Shown in pieces: positions 54,615-64,000 of a stretch of DNA of 64,000 nt. The position numbers and the translations under genes were made by a program. How positions within the stretch are numbered: the first letter of the stretch is position 1; each line of letters starts with the position of its first letter. The notes below the pieces were generated by a model that saw nothing but the letters and a program-made list of their open reading frames with translations, searched no databases and was not told where the DNA came from. This stretch comes from Escherichia coli (GTDB taxonomy: Bacteria > Pseudomonadota > Gammaproteobacteria > Enterobacterales > Enterobacteriaceae): the NCBI RefSeq assembly GCF_003334785.1, contig NZ_QOWV01000002.1; one strand, given 5' to 3'.

Positions 54615-55655
54615 ATGATCACCATTCGTGATGTAGCGCGTCAGGCTGGCGTCTCTGTGGCAACGGTTTCCCGGGTGCTCAATAACAGCACGCTGGTCAG
54701 TGCCGACACGCGTGAAGCAGTAATGAAAGCCGTGAGTGAGCTGGATTATCGGCCAAACGCCAATGCCCAGGCGCTGGCAACTCAGGTTAGCGACACCATT
54801 GGCGTGGTGGTGATGGACGTTTCTGATGCGTTTTTCGGCGCGCTGGTAAAAGCGGTGGATCTGGTCGCTCAGCAGCATCAGAAATACGTGCTAATCGGCA
54901 ATAGCTATCATGAAGCGGAAAAAGAGCGTCACGCCATTGAGGTGTTAATTCGCCAGCGTTGTAATGCGTTGATTGTTCACTCAAAAGCATTGAGTGACGA
55001 TGAACTGGCGCAATTTATGGATAACATTCCCGGTATGGTGTTAATCAACCGCGTTGTGCCGGGGTACGCCCATCGTTGCGTTTGCCTGGATAATCTCAGC
55101 GGTGCCCGAATGGCGACGCGCATGTTGCTGAATAACGGTCATCAACGTATTGGTTATCTTTCTTCCAGCCACGGCATTGAAGATGACGCCATGCGTAAAG
55201 CAGGCTGGATGAGTGCGTTGAAAGAGCAGGATATTATTCCGCCGGAAAGCTGGATTGGCGCTGGTACGCCGGACATGCCGGGCGGTGAGGCGGCGATGGT
55301 TGAACTGCTGGGGCGCAATCTACAACTTACCGCTGTATTTGCTTATAACGACAATATGGCCGCTGGCGCACTGACAGCATTAAAAGATAATGGCATTGCG
55401 ATTCCGTTACATCTCTCAATCATCGGTTTCGATGATATTCCCATCGCCCGTTACACCGACCCGCAATTAACGACCGTGCGTTATCCCATTGCTTCAATGG
55501 CGAAATTAGCCACCGAACTGGCCTTGCAGGGGGCAGCAGGCAATATTGATCCTCGTGCCAGCCACTGTTTTATGCCGACGTTAGTGCGTCGCCATTCTGT
55601 CGCAACACGCCAGAATGCGGCGGCGATCACTAACTCAACAAATCAGGCGATGTAA
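54615..55655 (+). CDS. galS: LacI-family repressor GalS (mgl/gal isorepressor)
   Basis: 346 aa from the ATG at 54615 ([25 protein letters not shown]...); the track ORF starts 2 codons upstream at a GTG. Confidence 0.93.
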
Positions 55656-55665
55656 CCGCTTTCAA
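55650..55665. promoter_or_regulatory. GalR/GalS-type operator upstream of mglB, overlapping the galS stop codon
   Basis: aTGTAACCGCTTTCAa, same class as the galS operator. Confidence 0.6.
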
Positions 55666-55667
55666 TC

Positions 55668-55683
55668 TGTGAGTGATTTCACA
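55668..55683. promoter_or_regulatory. CRP binding site upstream of mglB
   Basis: TGTGAgtgattTCACA, a perfect TGTGA-N6-TCACA. Confidence 0.7.
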
Positions 55684-55934
55684 GTATCTTAACAATGTGA
55701 TAGCTATGATTGCACCGTTTTAACGTTGTAACCCGTATGTAACAGTGAATAATCACTTTTGCCGAGGTAACAGCGTCATAACAACAATTAAAGCCGTTTT
55801 CTGGAGCGTTACCGGGCATGGAAGAACGAATTTTAAAAAGTGAGCTTCGGCGTTCAGTAACACTTCATTAACTCTACTGCCCCGCCGAGCATTTATCTCA
55901 AGCACTACCCTGCATAAGAAAAACCGGAGATACC

Positions 55935-56933
55935 ATGAATAAGAAGGTGTTAACCCTGTCTGCTGTGATGGCCAGCATGTTATTCGGTGCCGCTGCACAC
56001 GCTGCTGATACTCGCATTGGTGTAACAATCTATAAGTACGACGATAACTTTATGTCTGTAGTGCGCAAGGCTATTGAGCAAGATGCGAAAGCCGCGCCAG
56101 ATGTTCAGCTGCTGATGAATGATTCTCAGAATGACCAGTCCAAGCAGAACGATCAGATCGACGTATTGCTGGCGAAAGGGGTGAAGGCACTGGCAATCAA
56201 CCTGGTTGACCCGGCAGCTGCGGGTACGGTGATTGAGAAAGCGCGTGGGCAAAACGTGCCGGTGGTTTTCTTCAACAAAGAACCGTCTCGTAAGGCGCTG
56301 GATAGCTACGACAAAGCCTACTACGTTGGCACTGACTCCAAAGAGTCCGGCATTATTCAAGGCGATTTGATTGCTAAACACTGGGCGGCGAATCAGGGTT
56401 GGGATCTGAACAAAGACGGTCAGATTCAGTTCGTACTGCTGAAAGGTGAACCGGGCCATCCGGATGCAGAAGCACGTACCACTTACGTGATTAAAGAATT
56501 GAACGATAAAGGCATCAAAACTGAACAGTTACAGTTAGATACCGCAATGTGGGACACCGCTCAGGCGAAAGATAAGATGGACGCCTGGCTGTCTGGCCCG
56601 AACGCCAACAAAATCGAAGTGGTTATCGCCAACAACGATGCGATGGCAATGGGCGCGGTTGAAGCGCTGAAAGCACACAACAAGTCCAGCATTCCGGTGT
56701 TTGGCGTCGATGCGCTGCCAGAAGCGCTGGCGCTGGTGAAATCCGGTGCACTGGCGGGCACCGTACTGAACGATGCTAACAACCAGGCGAAAGCGACCTT
56801 TGATCTGGCGAAAAACCTGGCCGATGGTAAAGGTGCGGCTGATGGCACCAACTGGAAAATCGACAACAAAGTGGTCCGCGTACCTTATGTTGGCGTAGAT
56901 AAAGACAACCTGGCTGAATTCAGCAAGAAATAA
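55935..56933 (+). CDS. mglB: Periplasmic D-galactose/methyl-galactoside binding protein MglB
   Basis: 332 aa with signal peptide [23 protein letters not shown]. Confidence 0.95.
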   Translation: MNKKVLTLSAVMASMLFGAAAHAADTRIGVTIYKYDDNFMSVVRKAIEQDAKAAPDVQLLMNDSQNDQSKQNDQIDVLLAKGVKALAINLVDPAAAGTVIEKARGQNVPVVFFNKEPSRKALDSYDKAYYVGTDSKESGIIQGDLIAKHWAANQGWDLNKDGQIQFVLLKGEPGHPDAEARTTYVIKELNDKGIKTEQLQLDTAMWDTAQAKDKMDAWLSGPNANKIEVVIANNDAMAMGAVEALKAHNKSSIPVFGVDALPEALALVKSGALAGTVLNDANNQAKATFDLAKNLADGKGAADGTNWKIDNKVVRVPYVGVDKDNLAEFSKK

Positions 56934-56942
56934 GACTGATTG

Positions 56943-56968
56943 GGCGCAGTCTATTACTGCGCCCTTAT
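56943..56968 (+). terminator. Intercistronic hairpin between mglB and mglA (candidate partial terminator or stabilising element)
   Basis: ggcgcagt-ctatt-actgcgcc followed by cttattg. Confidence 0.4.
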
Positions 56969-56993
56969 TGTATGGCCAACAAGGTAAAATTAT

Positions 56994-58514
56994 ATGGTCA
57001 GCTCAACGACTCCGTCCTCCGGGGAATACTTGTTGGAAATGAGCGGTATCAACAAGTCCTTTCCTGGTGTTAAGGCACTTGATAACGTTAATTTAAAAGT
57101 CCGGCCACATTCTATCCATGCATTAATGGGGGAAAACGGTGCAGGAAAATCGACATTATTAAAATGCCTGTTTGGTATTTATCAAAAAGACTCCGGCACC
57201 ATTTTATTCCAGGGTAAAGAGATCGATTTCCATTCTGCAAAAGAAGCCCTGGAAAATGGTATTTCGATGGTACACCAGGAGTTAAACCTGGTATTACAAC
57301 GTTCGGTGATGGATAACATGTGGCTGGGGCGATATCCCACCAAAGGCATGTTTGTCGATCAGGACAAAATGTACCGCGAAACCAAAGCGATTTTTGACGA
57401 ACTGGATATTGATATCGATCCGCGTGCGCGCGTCGGCACATTATCCGTTTCGCAAATGCAGATGATCGAAATCGCCAAAGCGTTTTCCTATAACGCGAAA
57501 ATTGTGATTATGGATGAACCGACTTCTTCGTTAACCGAAAAAGAGGTCAATCATCTGTTCACTATTATTCGTAAATTAAAAGAGCGCGGCTGCGGTATTG
57601 TTTATATCTCGCATAAAATGGAAGAAATCTTCCAGTTATGTGATGAAGTTACCGTATTGCGCGACGGTCAGTGGATCGCCACCGAACCGCTGGCAGGACT
57701 GACGATGGACAAGATCATCGCCATGATGGTTGGGCGTTCTCTTAACCAGCGTTTCCCTGACAAAGAAAACAAACCGGGCGAAGTCATCCTCGAGGTACGT
57801 AACCTGACGTCACTGCGCCAGCCGTCGATTCGCGATGTCTCGTTTGATCTGCATAAAGGGGAGATCCTCGGTATTGCCGGTCTGGTGGGGGCGAAACGTA
57901 CCGATATTGTTGAGACGTTATTTGGTATTCGCGAGAAATCGGCTGGCACCATAACGTTGCACGGCAAACAGATCAATAACCATAATGCCAACGAAGCCAT
58001 AAACCATGGATTTGCACTGGTAACTGAGGAGCGCCGCTCAACGGGAATTTATGCCTATCTGGATATTGGTTTTAACTCGTTAATTTCCAATATTCGCAAC
58101 TACAAAAATAAAGTTGGTTTACTGGATAACTCGCGGATGAAAAGCGATACCCAGTGGGTGATTGATTCGATGCGGGTAAAAACGCCGGGTCATCGGACGC
58201 AAATTGGTTCGCTCTCCGGTGGTAATCAGCAAAAGGTGATTATTGGTCGCTGGCTACTAACGCAACCAGAAATATTAATGCTCGATGAACCGACGCGCGG
58301 TATTGATGTCGGGGCGAAGTTTGAAATTTATCAGTTAATTGCCGAACTGGCGAAGAAAGGCAAGGGGATTATTATTATCTCCTCTGAAATGCCTGAGTTG
58401 TTAGGGATAACAGACCGTATTCTGGTCATGAGCAATGGTCTCGTTTCCGGAATTGTCGATACAAAAACAACAACGCAAAACGAAATTCTGCGTCTTGCGT
58501 CTTTGCACCTTTAA
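56994..58514 (+). CDS. mglA: Galactose/methyl-galactoside ABC transporter ATP-binding protein MglA
   Basis: 506 aa, tandem ABC domains (GENGAGKST ... LSGGNQQKV). Confidence 0.95.
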
Positions 58515-58529
58515 GATTAGGGGCTTCCC

Positions 58530-59540
58530 ATGAGTGCGTTAAATAAGAAAAGTTTTCTTACTTACCTGAAAGAGGGCGGTATTTACGTCGTTCTTTTAGT
58601 TTTGCTGGCGATTATTATTTTCCAGGACCCAACATTTTTAAGTCTGTTGAACTTAAGTAATATTCTCACCCAGTCATCGGTGCGTATTATTATCGCGCTC
58701 GGTGTGGCAGGGTTAATTGTCACCCAGGGGACCGATCTTTCTGCTGGTCGTCAGGTAGGGCTGGCGGCAGTGGTGGCTGCGACATTATTGCAGTCCATGG
58801 ATAACGCCAACAAAGTGTTCCCGGAAATGGCGACGATGCCGATTGCGCTGGTTATTCTGATTGTCTGTGCCATTGGTGCGGTGATCGGTTTGATCAACGG
58901 TCTGATTATCGCTTATCTCAACGTGACGCCGTTCATTACCACGCTCGGCACGATGATCATCGTCTATGGCATCAACTCGCTCTATTACGACTTTGTCGGG
59001 GCGTCGCCAATTTCTGGTTTTGACAGTGGCTTCTCTACCTTTGCTCAGGGCTTTGTCGCGCTGGGGAGTTTCCGTCTCTCTTACATCACCTTCTACGCGT
59101 TGATTGCGGTGGCGTTCGTCTGGGTGTTGTGGAACAAAACCCGCTTCGGTAAGAACATTTTTGCCATTGGCGGTAACCCGGAAGCGGCAAAAGTATCTGG
59201 TGTCAACGTCGGCCTGAACCTGCTGATGATCTACGCGTTGTCTGGCGTGTTCTATGCCTTTGGCGGGATGTTAGAAGCCGGACGTATCGGCTCTGCCACC
59301 AACAACCTCGGCTTTATGTATGAGCTGGATGCTATCGCGGCGTGCGTGGTAGGCGGTGTATCGTTCAGCGGCGGTGTGGGGACGGTGATTGGCGTGGTGA
59401 CCGGGGTAATTATTTTTACCGTCATCAACTATGGCCTGACGTATATCGGCGTAAACCCATACTGGCAGTACATCATCAAAGGGGCGATTATTATCTTCGC
59501 CGTAGCGCTGGATTCACTGAAATACGCGCGTAAGAAATGA
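58530..59540 (+). CDS. mglC: Galactose/methyl-galactoside ABC transporter permease MglC
   Basis: 336-aa polytopic permease. Confidence 0.95.
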   Translation: MSALNKKSFLTYLKEGGIYVVLLVLLAIIIFQDPTFLSLLNLSNILTQSSVRIIIALGVAGLIVTQGTDLSAGRQVGLAAVVAATLLQSMDNANKVFPEMATMPIALVILIVCAIGAVIGLINGLIIAYLNVTPFITTLGTMIIVYGINSLYYDFVGASPISGFDSGFSTFAQGFVALGSFRLSYITFYALIAVAFVWVLWNKTRFGKNIFAIGGNPEAAKVSGVNVGLNLLMIYALSGVFYAFGGMLEAGRIGSATNNLGFMYELDAIAACVVGGVSFSGGVGTVIGVVTGVIIFTVINYGLTYIGVNPYWQYIIKGAIIIFAVALDSLKYARKK

Positions 59541-59598
59541 TGTGAATGTGGTCCGCATTCGGTCATAAACGCACATAACATCATGATCTGTGTGGTTT

Positions 59599-59777
59599 TG
59601 TAGGCCGGATAAGGCGTTCACGCCGCATCCGGCAACAGGAGCCAAATGCCGGATGCAACGCTGGCGCGTTTTATCCGGCCTACAATAAGCTCAACATACT
59701 GATTTGTATGGTTTTGTAGGCCGGATAAGGCGTTCAAGCCGCATCCGGCGACAGGAACCAAATGCCGGATGCGTCTC
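59599..59777. repeat. BIME cluster: three to four REP elements in two tandem units of about 115 bp, between mglC and preA
   Basis: gtaggccggataaggcgttcaCgccgcatccggcaac and gccggatgcaacgctggcgcgttttatccggcctaca, then a second copy gtaggccggataaggcgttcaAgccgcatccggcgac plus a partial gccggatgcgtctctgg. Confidence 0.8.
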
Positions 59778-59782
59778 TGGTT

Positions 59783-61018
59783 TTACAACGTTACCGGGTG
59801 TTCTTTCTCGCCTTTCTTAAACTTCACTTCCCCGAGCTCAATACAACCCACCGGGCAGACGTGACCACAAAGCAGACAACCCACACATTTCTCGGTATTA
59901 CAATGCGGTGTGCGGGTTTTCTCGCTCCATTCCATCGCCTGGTGACCGCCGTCGTAACAGGAAATATAACAGCGTCCACAGCCAACACATTTATCAAGAT
60001 TGATACGGGGATAGACAATATAACTGCGGTCTAAATCTTCCGCCGGGACAATATTGTTATTCGCCAGACCTACCATCTCCTGCAGCGAATCAAATCCCTG
60101 ATCGGCGAGATAATGCGACAACCCGCTTGCCATATCTTCCACTATCCGATACCCGTACTGCATGATGCCGGTGGTCACCTGTAACGTTGCTGCGCCGAGC
60201 AATAAAAACTCAGCCGCATCCTCCCAGGTTTCAATGCCGCCGATACCGCTGATTGGGAAATCGCGCAGTTCTGGATGGGTGCGCATTTGCTGAATGAAGC
60301 GCAGGGCGATCGGTTTTACCGCTTTACCGGAATATCCGGAAATACTCGATTTTCCGTTAACGATCGGCATACCGATTTTCTGATTAAGATCGATATTGGT
60401 GATGGATTTAACGGTGTTAATCGCCGCAATGCCATCTGCGCCGCCGCGCTTCGCCGCCAGCGCCACTTCGCACATATCACCGATATTCGGCGTCATCTTC
60501 GCCAGCATTGGCAGCGTGGAACCCCGTTTCACTGCCCGACAATATTTTTCTACCAGCTCCGGGCTTTGCCCGACATCGCTACCCATCGCATGAGAAGTCA
60601 TTTGCGGACAGGAGAAGTTACACTCGATCATATCCGCGCCAGCTTCTTGCACCAGGCGCGCCAGCTCCTCCCATTGCTGCTCATTTTCCCCCATGATCGA
60701 AGCGATCAATACTTTGTCCGGGTAATCTTCCTTCAGCCGACGCAGGGCGGCCAGATTCTCTTCCAACGGATGTTCAGCAATCTGCTCCATATTTTTGAAG
60801 CCGATAAAACCGGTATCTTCTTTCACCAGATGATCAAAACGCGGCGAGACTTCGTTGGCGATAAAAAAGCCGATCGTTTTAAACACCACACCGCCCCAAC
60901 CTGTGTCGTAGGCTTTGGCACACATCTCATAGCAGTTGCCTACCGGCGAAGAAGAGAGGCAGAACGGGTTGGGAAACTTCACGCCGCAAAAAGTAATCGA
61001 AAGATCTTTCGTTAACAT
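59783..61018 (-). CDS. preA: NAD-dependent dihydropyrimidine dehydrogenase subunit PreA (YeiA)
   Basis: 411 aa from the ATG at 61018 ([19 protein letters not shown]...); C-terminal 4Fe-4S ferredoxin motifs CVGCGRC and [12 protein letters not shown]. Confidence 0.92.
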   Translation of the reverse strand: MLTKDLSITFCGVKFPNPFCLSSSPVGNCYEMCAKAYDTGWGGVVFKTIGFFIANEVSPRFDHLVKEDTGFIGFKNMEQIAEHPLEENLAALRRLKEDYPDKVLIASIMGENEQQWEELARLVQEAGADMIECNFSCPQMTSHAMGSDVGQSPELVEKYCRAVKRGSTLPMLAKMTPNIGDMCEVALAAKRGGADGIAAINTVKSITNIDLNQKIGMPIVNGKSSISGYSGKAVKPIALRFIQQMRTHPELRDFPISGIGGIETWEDAAEFLLLGAATLQVTTGIMQYGYRIVEDMASGLSHYLADQGFDSLQEMVGLANNNIVPAEDLDRSYIVYPRINLDKCVGCGRCYISCYDGGHQAMEWSEKTRTPHCNTEKCVGCLLCGHVCPVGCIELGEVKFKKGEKEHPVTL

Positions 61019-62250
61019 GAGCAAGCTCCCTCTAAATAGTGATGAATCGCCTCGGCGGCTTCTTTCCCGGTTTTCACGGCATAGACCACGGTTTTGTCAC
61101 CCTCAACAATCTCGCCAGCAGCAAAGACTTGCGGGTCGCGGGTCTGGTAATTTTGTGTTTTGATGGTGTTACGCTGCGGCTCTAACTCCGCAAAGGCATC
61201 TAGTCTGGCATGCTGACCGACGGCGAGAATAATTTTATCTGCCGCCATCGTCAGTTCGCCCGATAACCGTACATGCTTAAACGTGACTTTATTGCCTTCC
61301 ACGGCTACTGGCGTGAATCCATCGATGATCGAAACGCCCAGCTCCCGGGCGCTGGTAAACTCTTTTTCGCTTGCCGGAAACTCATCTAACTCTTCACGCG
61401 CTACGCAAGTTACCGCCTGACAGCCGAGAACTTTCAGCGTGCTGGCTACGTCCATCGCGACATCACCGCCGCCGATAATTAATGCGCTTTGTGGAATGCT
61501 GATATCGCCTTGCGCCTGTCGTGCACGTTGCAAGAAGTCGACGGCAATCTCAACGTCACTATGCTCAAACAGCGGTAGCCCGGAACCGCTTGATAACCCC
61601 ACGGTGACCAGTACCGCGCGGTTTTCTGCTTTCAGCTGCTCAAGGGTGAGTGTGTTACCGACTTCGTTGTTGCACTTAATGGTCACGCCCATTTTTTCAA
61701 TACGGGCGATCTCTGCATCCAGCACTGATTGCGGTAACCGGAATTGCGGAATACCGTTACGCAACCAGCCACCGGGGTGCGCTTCTTTCTCATAAATCGT
61801 GACGTCATAACCCTGGTTTGTCAGTGTCACACTGGCCTGCAATCCGGCAGGACCTGCGCCAATAATCGCGACTTTGCCGAGCGTTTTAGTACCGGGCTGA
61901 TAAATTTCCATTCCGGTTTGTTGTTCAAAATCAGTAACAAAACGCTGTAAGCGGCCGATATCAATGGGAGCATCAACACCGGCACGGGTACAACCGCTTT
62001 GGCATAATTTCTCCGTCGGGCACACTCTGGCACAAACGGCACCGAGGGCATTATTTTCGCGAATTGTCTCGGCAGCGCCTTTAAAATTACGAAAGTAGAT
62101 TGAGCGAATAAATTTCCCCGGATCGGTCTGTGCCGGGCAAGCCTGACTACAGGGAGCGTCGTGACATAATAAACAGCGAGAGGCTTCTTTAATCGCCAGT
62201 AAAGACGTAAAAGCCGGAGTGAGTTCATCCAGATAATTTTGTTGCGGCAT
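61012..62250 (-). CDS. preT: NAD-dependent dihydropyrimidine dehydrogenase subunit PreT (YeiT)
   Basis: 412 aa; FAD/NAD-binding GAGPAG motif and an N-terminal Cys cluster; 7-nt overlap with preA. Confidence 0.92.
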   Translation of the reverse strand: MPQQNYLDELTPAFTSLLAIKEASRCLLCHDAPCSQACPAQTDPGKFIRSIYFRNFKGAAETIRENNALGAVCARVCPTEKLCQSGCTRAGVDAPIDIGRLQRFVTDFEQQTGMEIYQPGTKTLGKVAIIGAGPAGLQASVTLTNQGYDVTIYEKEAHPGGWLRNGIPQFRLPQSVLDAEIARIEKMGVTIKCNNEVGNTLTLEQLKAENRAVLVTVGLSSGSGLPLFEHSDVEIAVDFLQRARQAQGDISIPQSALIIGGGDVAMDVASTLKVLGCQAVTCVAREELDEFPASEKEFTSARELGVSIIDGFTPVAVEGNKVTFKHVRLSGELTMAADKIILAVGQHARLDAFAELEPQRNTIKTQNYQTRDPQVFAAGEIVEGDKTVVYAVKTGKEAAEAIHHYLEGACSC

Positions 62251-62443
62251 GTGATCTTCCTTAATGCTATAGGTAATTAAGGCGAGCGTTTAGTAAATAA
62301 TAATGTACTGATATTAAGGCTAAGCGTGCGGGGGAATTTAAACTGTGAAAAGATTCACAAATAGCTGCGGTTAGGAATGTGATATCCGCAGCTTATCAGG
62401 TGAAGTAATAATTATTCTCAATAATTAACTGGAGAGGGGAATA

Positions 62444-64000
<1,557 letters not shown>

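Noticed and set aside
59599-59777. Repeated ~35-bp palindromic units considered as a possible CRISPR array
   Set aside because: The units are classic REP palindromes (gccggatgc...gcatccggc) with inverted orientation and irregular spacing, there is no unique spacer series, and no cas genes are nearby. Called BIME instead.

Overview
This window reads as a contiguous, syntenic stretch of Escherichia coli core chromosome, running (in reverse orientation relative to the usual K-12 map) from the 3' end of ccmA through ccmB-H, narP, yejO, tRNA-Pro (proL), yejLM, yejK, rplY, radD, rsuA, bcr, yejG, yejABEF, pdeN, mepS, lpxT, yeiR, yeiQ, yeiP, yeiW, setB, fruBKA, psuKGT, yeiL, rihB, nupX, yeiI, nfo, yeiH, yeiE, lysP, cirA, yeiG, folE, yeiB, galS, mglBAC, preAT, yeiS and sanA to the 3' end of cdd. 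Every ORF of meaningful size matches a known gene by its translated sequence, which I recognise from memory; no database search was run. I see no CRISPR array, no IS or transposase, no integrase or phage genes, and no unassigned gene block, so I do not find evidence for a novel or horizontally acquired system here. Intergenic regions carry ordinary features: REP/BIME repeats, intrinsic terminators, and CRP, GalR/GalS, Cra and Fur operators. The findings are small-scale and modestly scored: a perfectly conserved 38-nt run and a shared leader motif in the paralogous transporters psuT and nupX, phased repeats upstream of psuK, the HTH-kinase fusion YeiI, an intact yejO with no IS element upstream, and a few unexplained inverted or direct repeats.
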